Of a DNA stretch of 50,733 nt, positions 9,430-18,562 are shown in pieces. The DNA comes from a virus. Taxonomy: Duplodnaviria; Caudoviricetes. The stretch covers positions 1 through 50,733 of the IMG/VR virus record IMGVR_UViG_3300005512_000048. One strand, 5' to 3'. A model generated the notes under the pieces. The model saw nothing but the letters and a program-made list of their open reading frames with translations, was not told the origin of the DNA and searched no databases. The translations under genes were made by a program, and so were the position numbers. Within the stretch, counting starts at the first letter, position 1, and each line of letters starts with the position of its first letter.

Positions 9430-10289
9430 ACAGCGCTCCTCCGATACTTCAGGTTGCGGACCTGGTTCTCTGCGCCGCACTTCACACATCCGAAATGCGA
9501 CTGCCCGCTCGGGTCGGGCTCGCCGCACTTCTGGCAGACCCCCAGTCTGTGAGGCAGTACAGCCTTGTATCCCGCCTTGGCGTCGAACATCCCCATAACG
9601 GTCTCGGGGATCCTGTTCTTGCGCTGCCATCGCCTCAAAGCTCTTTCATCCATCCACACGCCCCAGGCTGTCGGCTTGCCGTTGACTTCCAGGCCTCCCA
9701 GCGTCTGGAACTCCCAGCGGATCAGATCAGACTCGGAGGCTCCCCCGGCAACCACGATCTGTGTAGCCACGCCTTTCAGGTCAGAGACCAGGTTGTCTTT
9801 CTCCCGGATTCCCTCGAGGGCGTCGACGCAGAACGCGACTGCGATCATCTTGAATGGGTGTGCAGACGTCGGTGGGAAGGGCAGAGCCTTGCCGGCCAAG
9901 ACTTGCTCACGGCTGAACTCCAGGGCCATAGGCCGGAGCCTGGCCCGGTGTTTGTTGGGGTTTTTCAGGTGGGCGTTGTTCCACGCCTGGGCCGCCTTGG
10001 GCGGGATGTGCGGCCCGATCCCGATATACTGGCCCTCCCATGCGACCACGCCACGCAGGGCTTTGTACAGGCCCGTGCGGGGGCTGCGACCGTTGACATC
10101 CAGGACCGTAGACCCACGCTCCATAACGCCGTAGCGGATGGCCTCACGTGCCGCCAGTGCACACAGCTGGAAGTAGACGCGCTCAGCCCTCAGAGCTTCC
10201 GGCGCCTCGCGCTCCGGTTCGGTTCTTACGGCTCGTGCGTGGCTTGCCAGCAGCGGCGAGATCGTGGATATGGGCCTGTCTTGGATCAT
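9426..10289 (-). CDS. Degenerate class I SAM-methyltransferase-like protein with C-terminal Zn ribbon
   Basis: Ordered motifs STVLDVNG / YIGIG / LPFP..PF / LVSDLKGV; CQKC...CVKC at C-terminus. Start uncertain (10289 or 10124). Confidence 0.45.
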   Translation of the reverse strand: MIQDRPISTISPLLASHARAVRTEPEREAPEALRAERVYFQLCALAAREAIRYGVMERGSTVLDVNGRSPRTGLYKALRGVVAWEGQYIGIGPHIPPKAAQAWNNAHLKNPNKHRARLRPMALEFSREQVLAGKALPFPPTSAHPFKMIAVAFCVDALEGIREKDNLVSDLKGVATQIVVAGGASESDLIRWEFQTLGGLEVNGKPTAWGVWMDERALRRWQRKNRIPETVMGMFDAKAGYKAVLPHRLGVCQKCGEPDPSGQSHFGCVKCGAENQVRNLKYRRSAV

Positions 10290-10470
10290 CGTCAGCCTCA
10301 ATGGGGAGGTCCAAACCGTAGACGTAGCGGACAGCGGCCACAAAGTCGGAGAGTGAGAGCCGGTGCGCTCCACCGATAGCGATCTGGACCTCCCCGGTGT
10401 CGGGATTCTTTCGCGCGCGCACATCCAGGCCGCGCGGCACAGTCCCGTTCGTCAGGAAGATGGGATCCAT
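10183..10470 (-). CDS. Hypothetical protein
   Basis: 95 aa, AGGAG RBS right after tail tube gene 2. Confidence 0.7.
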   Translation of the reverse strand: MDPIFLTNGTVPRGLDVRARKNPDTGEVQIAIGGAHRLSLSDFVAAVRYVYGLDLPIEADDDPRQAHIHDLAAAGKPRTSRKNRTGARGAGSSEG

Positions 10471-10478
10471 ACGGTCTC

Positions 10479-11000
10479 CTACGCGTAGGTGTCGGTGATC
10501 GTGCCCAGGAGGGCCGTCGCTGCCGCCGCAATCGCCTTGAACTGCGCGCCGGTGCTCTGTATGGCCCCACTGCGTGCGTTCGGGATGGCATAGGCGCCGT
10601 CTCCAATACTCAGGGCGTAGGTGATGGCAATGGCTCGAGTGTCGCTGCCGTCCTGGTTCGGTGGCACAGTATTCACGGCCAGTGCAACAGCCCCGCGCAT
10701 GTCATCATCGACCGTCAGGACGCCGGCGGCCGGGGCGTCGTTGTCCCAGGCATTCTGCAGGTTGACCTGCAGCACCTCGTCCATGCCGAAACTGACCAGC
10801 CAGTCCTTTTTGATACAGACGGCATCAATGTCGAGGATATCTTGATCGAGCTGCATGTATGCGTAGTCCCTCGGGAGACTCATGTCGATGTCGCCCTTCA
10901 GGAATCCCACGTTCACGGTCGCAACCGTGACACGACTTGTATCCGAGGGCGTGAACCCCCACTCGGCGTTTCCTCTGCTTCCCGCTGCTCCGGCGGCCAT
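10479..11000 (-). CDS. Major tail (tube) protein paralog 2
   Basis: 173 aa beta-rich; shares SLPRDYAYMQLDQDILDIDAVCIKKDW with upstream paralog; tube-gene position. Confidence 0.7.
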   Translation of the reverse strand: MAAGAAGSRGNAEWGFTPSDTSRVTVATVNVGFLKGDIDMSLPRDYAYMQLDQDILDIDAVCIKKDWLVSFGMDEVLQVNLQNAWDNDAPAAGVLTVDDDMRGAVALAVNTVPPNQDGSDTRAIAITYALSIGDGAYAIPNARSGAIQSTGAQFKAIAAAATALLGTITDTYA

Positions 11001-11015
11001 ATTGTGCTCCTCGGA

Positions 11016-11552
11016 TTAGGCGTTGTAGGTGTCAGTGACAGTTCCCAAAAGACCAGCGGAGGCCGAGGCGATGGCCTTGAACTGCATGGCCACGCTCTGA
11101 ATCGCTCCGCTCCTGGCGTTCGGGATCGAGTAGGCGCCGTCTCCAACGGACAGGGCCGTGGGCAGGCTCATAACACGGGTATCGTTGCTGTCGCTGTTCG
11201 GCGGCTTCGTGTTCACCAGCAATGCTGCCGTGGTGCTCATGGTCGCATTCACCGTGAGCACGGCGGGCGGTCCAGCGGCGGGAGCCGCGTTGTCCCAGGC
11301 AAACGCCAGATTGACAAGCAAAGCCTCGTCTGCAGCCAGGCTCACCGTCCAGTCCTTCTTTATGCAAACTGCGTCGATGTCCAAAATATCTTGGTCCAGC
11401 TGCATGTAGGCGTAGTCCCGGGGCAGGCTGGTATCGATGTCGCCCCGCAGGTACCCGATGTTTGTGCCGCCGTAGGTGACCACGCTGGAATCAGAGGGCT
11501 TGAACCCCCATTCAGCGTTCGCGCGGCTGCCGACGGTATCAGGTTGGGCCAT
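11016..11552 (-). CDS. Major tail (tube) protein paralog 1
   Basis: 178 aa; NIGYLRGDI motif; directly after tail terminator; AAAGGAG RBS. Confidence 0.72.
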   Translation of the reverse strand: MAQPDTVGSRANAEWGFKPSDSSVVTYGGTNIGYLRGDIDTSLPRDYAYMQLDQDILDIDAVCIKKDWTVSLAADEALLVNLAFAWDNAAPAAGPPAVLTVNATMSTTAALLVNTKPPNSDSNDTRVMSLPTALSVGDGAYSIPNARSGAIQSVAMQFKAIASASAGLLGTVTDTYNA

Positions 11553-11564
11553 TGTTGGTCTCCT

Positions 11565-12089
11565 TTACTGCACGCCCACGTCGATCGGTATAGCCACCTG
11601 GCGGCGCAGGATCGATGGGTCACCGGTGTTGTACTCAAAGTCCAGGTAGTTCGGTGCGCCGATTTCGAGAATGGCGCCGCCGGCCTTGCTGTTGGCAATC
11701 GTCAAAGATCTGTTTGTGTCGAGGATCTCCACCGTCGCCCTGACGTACCGTCCCAGGCGCGTCTGCATCACCTCGATCGGGCTCAGGGCGTCGCCTCCGA
11801 CTGTCGCGGTCTCTATGCTGGCAACGTCGAGGGTCACAACGACCAGCGGGTGCGCCCAGGTCCCGAACCCGGCCTCCTGGTCTGCAATCCGACCTTGCCC
11901 AAACGGCGTCACGACCTGGCAGGGGTAGGCGTCATACTGTCCCATGCGGGCCCGGTACCACTTGTTGATGTCGTCGAGGACGAAGTCGTCGTATTCGGTG
12001 TCGAGGGTGTTCAGCTTCGCCGCCATGCCGGCTTGCAGCTTGTCGATAATGGCCTCAACCACAGGACCCGGGTCGTAGGAAACGCCCAT
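11565..12089 (-). CDS. Tail terminator/completion protein
   Basis: 174 aa, positional inference between neck gene and tube genes. Confidence 0.55.
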   Translation of the reverse strand: MGVSYDPGPVVEAIIDKLQAGMAAKLNTLDTEYDDFVLDDINKWYRARMGQYDAYPCQVVTPFGQGRIADQEAGFGTWAHPLVVVTLDVASIETATVGGDALSPIEVMQTRLGRYVRATVEILDTNRSLTIANSKAGGAILEIGAPNYLDFEYNTGDPSILRRQVAIPIDVGVQ

Positions 12090-12623
12090 TTAGTGGTGCC
12101 TCCGGATCGGCGTGCCCTGTATGGTGAAGATGTGCTTCTGCAGCGCCTTGACGATCTCGCGCCGCTCAGCTTCGGTGAACTCTATCGGCGGGCGATCCGG
12201 CATGTTTGCTGTTCCGGTTTGGTGGAAGATGGCGTAAGGCACCTGCGTGCCCCAGGTCAGGGTCTTGTTTGAAGCGGCATATACAGCCCCATCGGCGTTG
12301 GGATCTGTGAGGCTGCGCCACAGATGCCCTTCTCGCTGCAGGATGGGCTTGCCCGGGTGCGTCTTCGCCTTCTGAGCCGCATACTCCGGAGACAATGGTG
12401 CCCAGCCGCCGGAACCGTGGCTGCCCTCGGTGGCAAACTGTTGCTTCTCTGCGCCATAAAGGATGTCCTTGAACTCCTGCGACAGCCACAGCTCGCGGAA
12501 GCTCGTGGACTTCTCCACCATCTGGCCGAGCGTCCTGTTCAATTGCTCCTGGCCGGCAATGGACCAGGTGATGTTGAACATCCCCCCGCTGGGACCGGTC
12601 TTCATGTTGGTGAACATCGGCAT
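12090..12623 (-). CDS. Virion morphogenesis protein (Mu gpG / tail-completion S-like)
   Basis: Motifs QFATEG..WAPLSPEYA..K, ILQREGHLWRSL, GTQVPYAIFHQTG..MPDRP. Confidence 0.85.
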   Translation of the reverse strand: MPMFTNMKTGPSGGMFNITWSIAGQEQLNRTLGQMVEKSTSFRELWLSQEFKDILYGAEKQQFATEGSHGSGGWAPLSPEYAAQKAKTHPGKPILQREGHLWRSLTDPNADGAVYAASNKTLTWGTQVPYAIFHQTGTANMPDRPPIEFTEAERREIVKALQKHIFTIQGTPIRRHH

Positions 12624-12627
12624 CAGA

Positions 12628-13116
12628 CTACCACTCGCTGGTGCGGGTGAATACCGGATCCCGCTCGGTTCCGGTGTCGTCCAGGTTAAACTCGCCGCTC
12701 GGCTCGCGTTCGTTCTGCGCCGCCAGGAAGTCGGTGGCCACCGGCGCGTCTGGCAGCTTCATCCTGCCTTCCTGCAGGTCCTTCAGCGCCGTGTTGAACT
12801 CCTCGCGGTATTCCTTCGCCCCCTCCGGGAAGCCCCCGACCCCAGCGCTGTAGGCCGCGAGCTCTACCCGGAACAGGGCATAGTTGACGTTGATTTCCTT
12901 CAAGATGTCCGCAGATTGCGTATAGGTGTCCACATCCACGGGTATGGTGTAGCCGATGGCGTCCAGTACACCGTTGATGCGGTGGAAGCCCTTGGTGATG
13001 AAGTTCTCCACCTGCGTGGTGGTGGGCTTTGTGGACGCCGAGAACGTGCGCTGCTGGTGCAGCGCCTGAACGTCGGAGGCCTCGCAGTATCCATCGGTAC
13101 CTAGATCGATTGCCAC
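12628..13116 (-). CDS. Head-tail adaptor (Mu gp36/DUF1320-like)
   Basis: N-terminal YCEASDV, INGVL..GYTIPV, ALKDLQEGRMKL. Confidence 0.7.
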   Translation of the reverse strand: MAIDLGTDGYCEASDVQALHQQRTFSASTKPTTTQVENFITKGFHRINGVLDAIGYTIPVDVDTYTQSADILKEINVNYALFRVELAAYSAGVGGFPEGAKEYREEFNTALKDLQEGRMKLPDAPVATDFLAAQNEREPSGEFNLDDTGTERDPVFTRTSEW

Positions 13117-13128
13117 GTCCGCGCTCCT

Positions 13129-13419
13129 TTAAGTCCAGTTCTGGCCCGGCGGCCGGTGGTAGACGATCCACACCTTTGGGCTTGTGCCGGTCAAGGTCGC
13201 GTAGCAGGCCGTATCGAACGCCACGCCGGGGCCCAGCGGGAAGGCGCCGTATTCACCGGCGGTCTTCACGCCATATCCCACAACCTCAGTGCCGCCGGCC
13301 GTGGCTTTGTTTGCCAGGGCAACGGTCATCGCGTCGGATCCGGCCTCGCACCCGATGGAATCCACAACTATGGGAAAGGCAGCAACGGCACCGCTTGCTT
13401 CGAGCAGTTTACAGGGCAT
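13129..13419 (-). CDS. Hypothetical virion-associated protein
   Basis: 96 aa beta-rich ORF tightly packed in head module. Confidence 0.65.
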   Translation of the reverse strand: MPCKLLEASGAVAAFPIVVDSIGCEAGSDAMTVALANKATAGGTEVVGYGVKTAGEYGAFPLGPGVAFDTACYATLTGTSPKVWIVYHRPPGQNWT

Positions 13420-13422
13420 GGC

Positions 13423-13644
13423 CTACTTCCCTCCTGTGGCCTTCGACTCCGCCTTGGGCTCGGCCTTCTCCGCCGGCTTCTCTCGCGGCTTGGGCGTCGG
13501 CACTTCGATCACCGTGCCCTGGGCGATCAGGCGATCGAGCTCCTCCTTGCCCATGTCGCCCGTATCAAACTCGTCACCCGGCTCATAGACCGCGCCATTA
13601 CGCTGGATCTGTGTGCCGACCATGTAGACGATCTTGGCTGGCAT
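13423..13644 (-). CDS. Small head-module protein with Lys/Pro/Glu-rich tail
   Basis: 73 aa; NGAVYEPGDEF..LIAQG pattern common after capsid genes. Confidence 0.75.
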   Translation of the reverse strand: MPAKIVYMVGTQIQRNGAVYEPGDEFDTGDMGKEELDRLIAQGTVIEVPTPKPREKPAEKAEPKAESKATGGK

Positions 13645-13716
13645 TGCTGGCTGTCCTTTCTGGTGAGGGTGTGCAGCCTGCCGCCAGGCTGCTGGGAAAC
13701 AAAACAGGCGGCAGGG

Positions 13717-14715
13717 TTAAAAGGAGTCGATAAACACCTTGATCGCGTAGTTTGCGAGATTCGACCACTCAAGGGCGCGGCCAACGTTCTTGCCCGTAGT
13801 CGCAGCAGCGTCAACAACGGCGTCGCCGCCGCTCGCAAGTTCAAGCATCGCGCCCGGAGTGGCGGTGGTCGAGTTGGCGTCCACGGTCCCCCTTACAGGC
13901 CCGTAAACGCAGATGTCGCCGATATCGTTATCCGCGATGGTTTCGACCGCTACCCCGGCGAAGTCGGTATTGGCTCCGTCGCTGGCCTTGACCGTCGCGA
14001 ACCCGTAGCCGGTAGCTGTCACGTATTCGGCGCCGGATACGGCTGTGGCCGTTGCGCTGATGCTTGTGATCTTCGACCAATAGAGGGTTGACGAAGATGA
14101 AGTATTGAGCGTGTTGGTTCGTACCAGCGTGGACGACCCTGCGCCGGCCGTAAGTGACACGGCCACCGTCTGCGCAGCAGCGTAGGCGTCCAGGCCCACA
14201 ACGGTCACGGTGTCGTAGTTGCCCGCTGTTCCGCTCACGGAGAGCACAAGGCTGATCTTCCCGCCGTTCACGGTTTCTGTGGAGCAGTTCTCCGTAATGG
14301 TCAGCGCTGCGCTTTTCTTGCACGCGGCCCCCACGACTCCTATGGTGGATCCGTTGTCCCACACACAGAAGTCTCCGGCCGCGATGCCCGATCCGCTGAT
14401 GTTGTGAACGGACAGGCGCACCTGGCCGTCGGCCGATTCGTCGCCTCCTGTTGAGTCATACTTCCCGAAGTGTCTGCGTTCGGGCCGGTCGGCCAGAACG
14501 TAGACAGTGCCTATCGGGTATGTTGGCGATCCGATCGCGCCGCTGTCGGCGGTTACTGGCTCAATGCTTGCCCCGTCCGCGAGCCAGAGGTGGCTCCGGA
14601 GCAGCGGATTCCGGAATACCTGCGTGATGGGCACGCTGCGACTTGCCAGCAGCGGCGCGACCACCAGGATGCAGACGAGCAAAATACCCGCGCCCGCCAG
14701 CCATTTCCTTTTCAT
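13717..14715 (-). CDS. DUF2190-like capsid decoration protein with inserted domain and N-terminal signal-peptide-like segment
   Basis: MKRKW plus hydrophobic stretch; split cement-protein motifs GIAAGDFCVW and FAGVAVETIADNDIGDICVYG...NVGRALE. Confidence 0.6.
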   Translation of the reverse strand: MKRKWLAGAGILLVCILVVAPLLASRSVPITQVFRNPLLRSHLWLADGASIEPVTADSGAIGSPTYPIGTVYVLADRPERRHFGKYDSTGGDESADGQVRLSVHNISGSGIAAGDFCVWDNGSTIGVVGAACKKSAALTITENCSTETVNGGKISLVLSVSGTAGNYDTVTVVGLDAYAAAQTVAVSLTAGAGSSTLVRTNTLNTSSSSTLYWSKITSISATATAVSGAEYVTATGYGFATVKASDGANTDFAGVAVETIADNDIGDICVYGPVRGTVDANSTTATPGAMLELASGGDAVVDAAATTGKNVGRALEWSNLANYAIKVFIDSF

Positions 14716-14758
14716 GGTGCTTCCTCCTTCAGAGGGTCAAAAGGCCTGGGGTTTTGGG

Positions 14759-15706
14759 TTACGCCACGGCGGCGTCGATGTAATACCCGGCGTCGGCGGC
14801 GACGACCTTCTGCACGTAGTTCATTTCGGCGGCGTGCCAGTCGCCGGCAGGGTTGTTGCTACGCCACGACCGCACCGAGGTGCCATTCTCCCCAGCAAAG
14901 GTGATGGTCGCACCCAGCGTCAGGGTCCGCAGGCCTCGCGGCACGGGTTCGGTGTAGTGGACCAGGAAGCCCTTGCCCCACACGTTTCCGAGAACCGCAG
15001 TCTGACCCTCATCGGCTGTGTTGTACTTGGCCATGCCGATGTGCAGGTTCTCGGGCTTGATGCCGATCAGCTCGGCAAACTGCGCCAGCGTCACGCCGCC
15101 GCCCGAGGTGTACTGATACCGGGCCACGATGTTCGGGTGGTGCTTCAGTTTGCGCCATACCGCATTGCCCATCGTGACGCTGAGCTCGTTGGTGGGCTTG
15201 GCGGTGGCGTCTTCGGTCGTGCCCAGGCCGGTCTCGATGTTGGAGAGCGGGTCGCTGTTGTTGTAGTCCGACCACTGGTCCGTGCCGCTCAGGGTCGTGT
15301 TGTTCGTGATGTTCGAGGTGCTGAACAGCAGGGCCGCCGCCCGGGCCTCCTTGGCCAGCAGGAGGCGGTCCATGATGTTCTGCACCACGGCCTCCTCGGC
15401 GGCGTCCTCGCCCATCGCGAAGTTGCGCTTCTCGCTGTCGGGCAGGAGCTCCGCGAAGTCGTACCGCTCAATGTCATACGTCGCGGAGCTGAGGCTGTAG
15501 TCGACCTCGACCGCCGGATCCTTCGGCGCCCTGGGGCCGTCCATCTCGTTGTTGAGGTTGTCTTTGCCGAACACATAGTAGGTGCCGGCCTTGTCGTTCA
15601 CGGGGATCGCAGGCAGCACCTGGTCCGCGATGAACTGTCCGGGCCTGTAACCGACCGCGAAGGTGGTCAGCGGGAAGTTGAGGGCCACGTTCTGAGGTGC
15701 GGGCAT
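14759..15706 (-). CDS. Major capsid protein
   Basis: 315 aa; LTTFAVGY, FIADQVLP, DQWSDY.NSDP, LKHHP motifs of HK97-fold major capsid E-like family; strong RBS. Confidence 0.9.
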   Translation of the reverse strand: MPAPQNVALNFPLTTFAVGYRPGQFIADQVLPAIPVNDKAGTYYVFGKDNLNNEMDGPRAPKDPAVEVDYSLSSATYDIERYDFAELLPDSEKRNFAMGEDAAEEAVVQNIMDRLLLAKEARAAALLFSTSNITNNTTLSGTDQWSDYNNSDPLSNIETGLGTTEDATAKPTNELSVTMGNAVWRKLKHHPNIVARYQYTSGGGVTLAQFAELIGIKPENLHIGMAKYNTADEGQTAVLGNVWGKGFLVHYTEPVPRGLRTLTLGATITFAGENGTSVRSWRSNNPAGDWHAAEMNYVQKVVAADAGYYIDAAVA

Positions 15707-15790
15707 GTTGCTTCTCCTTCTGTCGTGCGGGTTTGGGATGGCCCCGGGGCTTGGGATGGCTCAATCAGGGCCGTCGACAATGCTCAGATG

Positions 15791-16174
15791 CTAGACCGCC
15801 AAGAATCCGGGCGCCGGCTCCACGATGGCGATGTCTCCGGAGTCCCAGGACTGCGTGCATACGCCGATCGCGTACTGTTTGTCCGTGTCCTTGTCCACCA
15901 GGAGGCCCGAGGCGTCCGTGCCCACCCAGGTGGCGGTTACGCCGGCGGCGCCGACCTTGACCTTGATCTTGTGCCCCACTGCGAGCGCGGCGACCTGGGC
16001 CGGCTCACCGTCGGCATCGGGCTTGTCGTACAGTACGCCGATGGGGATGTCTGTTGCCCCCGAGCAGACGGCGATGTCGTTGCCGGTGCCCCTCTTGACC
16101 AGGTAGTACTGGTAGCTGCTGATGTCTCCGGCGGCGGTTTTGCCGTTGATGAAGACAGGGTTGTCAGAAGCCAT
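15791..16174 (-). CDS. Capsid cement/decoration protein (DUF2190-like)
   Basis: 127 aa; PIGVLYDKP, GTDASG, AIGV...GDI; directly upstream of MCP. Confidence 0.8.
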   Translation of the reverse strand: MASDNPVFINGKTAAGDISSYQYYLVKRGTGNDIAVCSGATDIPIGVLYDKPDADGEPAQVAALAVGHKIKVKVGAAGVTATWVGTDASGLLVDKDTDKQYAIGVCTQSWDSGDIAIVEPAPGFLAV

Positions 16175-16309
16175 TGCGGTATACCTCCGTGATTCGTGGT
16201 TGCTTGCTGTAAGCGGAGCACCCTATCTTGTAGGTGATGCCCCGGCTCGTTGCGGGTCCGTGGGTGTCAGGGCCCGGCGTGCCTCCGCCAGAGTGGCGCC
16301 GGGCCTCTG

Positions 16310-16996
16310 TTATGCTGCGGGCTGGTACTTGTACGCGTCGATTTCGGCGGCCGTGAACTGCTTGCGCGCCGCGGCCATCGCCTCGGACAGCTGCATTCCG
16401 CCGGCCGTCTTCTCGTCGATGAAGGCCTTGACGCTGCCGGCGCCGTCGTTCCCGTCGTCGCCGAGCTCCTCCTGCATCTGCTTCGGCATCACCGGGTAGG
16501 ACTTCAGGAGCTTGAGCCCCTCCTCGTAGTCCGCGATCAGGGCTTTCCTCGCAAACCCCTTTGCCTCGTCGTTGAGCATCCTGTGCTCTTTGTCGATGGC
16601 GTGGGCGATTGCCGTGTCGGCCTTGTTCTCGGCCAACTCCTTCTTCGCCTGCTTCCCGGCCTCGGCGCCCTCCTTGAGCTCCTGGTGCTGCGCCTCGGTC
16701 AGCGTCACGGTACCCCTCTGCCCATCCTTCAGGACTTTAAGCTCGTCCTGTGCCGCGATCAGGGCCGCGTGGTCGGGCTCGGCTAGCACGATGCGGCCGG
16801 GCAGGTTGCCCTCGGTCAGGGCAGTGGCAGCCGCAAGCAGGTCTTCCGTGCCCGTGGCCTCGGTGACAGCTTCGGCCCCGGTCTCCAGCTCCTGCACCCG
16901 CTCGTCGAGCTTTGTCAGTGCCTGGGCCCGGTGCTCGTCGGTGATCTCGGTGCCTTCGTTCAGCCCGAGGATCTCCCGGATGCGTGCATCTTCCAT
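16310..16996 (-). CDS. Nested in-frame scaffolding protein (Mu gpZ-like)
   Basis: Internal AAGGAGG RBS before ATG 16996 (MEDARIREILGL); acidic coiled-coil product. Confidence 0.7.
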   Translation of the reverse strand: MEDARIREILGLNEGTEITDEHRAQALTKLDERVQELETGAEAVTEATGTEDLLAAATALTEGNLPGRIVLAEPDHAALIAAQDELKVLKDGQRGTVTLTEAQHQELKEGAEAGKQAKKELAENKADTAIAHAIDKEHRMLNDEAKGFARKALIADYEEGLKLLKSYPVMPKQMQEELGDDGNDGAGSVKAFIDEKTAGGMQLSEAMAAARKQFTAAEIDAYKYQPAA

Positions 16997-17584
16997 CCTG
17001 TTTCCTCCTTCGGTATTCGGCCTCTTGGCCGGGGTGGATCCTGGGGCGGTCAGGCGATAGAACGCCGGCGCCTCGATGCTCTCGCTGAGCATCACCGGCG
17101 CCATCCCCTCCAGGAACGGGCGGTTGGTCAACGCCACGGCATAGAGCACCGTGCCTATCTTCTCGCCGAGCTTGTCCTTCGCGTTCTGCTCAAACTCCGG
17201 CGAGATGTATTTGTACTCCTCAGCTTCGATATACTCGACGGCCTTGTCGGTCCACTCGACCGTGGCCCACAGTTGCGTGCCCTTCTCCTTCTTCGCCAGG
17301 GACTTCACCCAGCCGGCGGCTTTCCCGGCCTCGGGATCCATCGCCGTGCTGCCGTGCTGGTAGTCGACCACGACGTCTCTTTCCCCACCCTCGAAGTTGG
17401 CGACCATCTGGTCGAGGTCTTCCTCCTCGATGGAAAACTCCCCATACCAGGCGTGCTCCCACGTCCCGGTCAGGGCGATCTGAATCTCGGAGCTCCGCTT
17501 CTCCTCACCCTCGGCGAGCATTCGGATCTCGGTGGTCAGCGGAATCAGAAACGTGGCCTTGCGGGGTTCGGTGGTCGTGGGCAT
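16310..17584 (-). CDS. Mu-like prohead protease I fused to scaffold
   Basis: VVDYQHG, AAGWV, VEWT..A, EYKYISPEF, VALTNRPFLEGM; ATG 17584 with GGAGG RBS. Confidence 0.9.
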   Translation of the reverse strand: MPTTTEPRKATFLIPLTTEIRMLAEGEEKRSSEIQIALTGTWEHAWYGEFSIEEEDLDQMVANFEGGERDVVVDYQHGSTAMDPEAGKAAGWVKSLAKKEKGTQLWATVEWTDKAVEYIEAEEYKYISPEFEQNAKDKLGEKIGTVLYAVALTNRPFLEGMAPVMLSESIEAPAFYRLTAPGSTPAKRPNTEGGNRMEDARIREILGLNEGTEITDEHRAQALTKLDERVQELETGAEAVTEATGTEDLLAAATALTEGNLPGRIVLAEPDHAALIAAQDELKVLKDGQRGTVTLTEAQHQELKEGAEAGKQAKKELAENKADTAIAHAIDKEHRMLNDEAKGFARKALIADYEEGLKLLKSYPVMPKQMQEELGDDGNDGAGSVKAFIDEKTAGGMQLSEAMAAARKQFTAAEIDAYKYQPAA

Positions 17585-17613
17585 AGGTGCTTCCTCCGGT
17601 GTTATGTCTGCGC

Positions 17614-17958
17614 CTACTCGGTGGTGGCGTTCTTCGTGATGGCTCGCTTGAACAAAGCCACCATAATCCCCTCGCTCAGAATCCCGAAAACGATGGGCAG
17701 GCCCCATCCAAGCTCGGCGCCGCCGCCGACGCTGGCGACTGCGGCCTCGAGGTATTCCTGCGGGAAGAAGAACGAAACGGCCGCAAGGAAGGCCACATTC
17801 AGGATAGTCTTCCACCGGGCGGGCCCGCGCCAGATCACATCGCGAATGGTCAGGTCATGCTCCTGGTCGGCCTGGTCCATCTTCCACGTCTGGTAAATCC
17901 AGTTCAGGCCGATGCCGAGGAGCGTGAGCAGGAATGTCGCCAGCTTCGTCCAGATCAT
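17614..17958 (-). CDS. Three-TM membrane protein (holin-like)
   Basis: 114 aa, three hydrophobic segments, basic C-terminus; TAAGGAGG RBS. Confidence 0.7.
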   Translation of the reverse strand: MIWTKLATFLLTLLGIGLNWIYQTWKMDQADQEHDLTIRDVIWRGPARWKTILNVAFLAAVSFFFPQEYLEAAVASVGGGAELGWGLPIVFGILSEGIMVALFKRAITKNATTE

Positions 17959-17968
17959 CGGGTCCTCC

Positions 17969-18562
17969 TTACCGTTTGAACCCCAGCGTCAGGCCCCATA
18001 TGTCGGTGCGTCGGCTGCGGTCCAACCGCGCGCCGAGGTAGGCGCCGCCGACCTTCCGGTCAATGGCGTTGCGCCACTCCAGGCGGCGCTCGTCCCGGGT
18101 CCCAAGGGCTTCGACTCGTAGCGACCAGGTCCAGGCGCCTGAGGAGCCTCGGCACCTGGCCGCCAAGCGGGCAAGGGTGTCGCGCTGCTGCCCGTCTGCA
18201 GCCTCGGTCCGCACGCCTGCCGTCACTGATAGGCCGCCGGCCCCAACGCCGAGCCCCAGGGCTGCGGTGGTATGCGTCTCGTGCCAGTAGGCGTCCAGGT
18301 CTGTCTGCAGGAGGCCTGCAAGCTGGATCTGTGCTCCGGCTCCGGCGTGCCAGAGCTTCGGCTTGCCCTCGGTCTTCGCCAGGCGCGTGGTCATCTCCAG
18401 CGTGAACCCGTCGCCCTGCTCGAGGTGGGTGGCGTTCGCCATGATCTGTTGGGCCTTGTCTCCGCCGCCCGCGCTGAGGTCCACGGACTGGCTGCCGTGA
18501 ACAGAACCGGCAAAACCAAAGTAAATGCCGACTGCCATCAGGGCTGTGACCACTCGCCTCAT
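17969..18562 (-). CDS. Putative outer-membrane beta-barrel protein
   Basis: Signal peptide; alternating amphipathic strands; ends IWGLTLGFKR. Confidence 0.6.
   Translation of the reverse strand: MRRVVTALMAVGIYFGFAGSVHGSQSVDLSAGGGDKAQQIMANATHLEQGDGFTLEMTTRLAKTEGKPKLWHAGAGAQIQLAGLLQTDLDAYWHETHTTAALGLGVGAGGLSVTAGVRTEAADGQQRDTLARLAARCRGSSGAWTWSLRVEALGTRDERRLEWRNAIDRKVGGAYLGARLDRSRRTDIWGLTLGFKR

Noticed and set aside
14507-16192. Long plus-strand ORFs (also 6953-8074, 10842-12272, 31220-32557, 37882-39318, 41898-43226)
   Set aside because: Antisense shadows of clear minus-strand genes in GC-rich DNA; no motifs.
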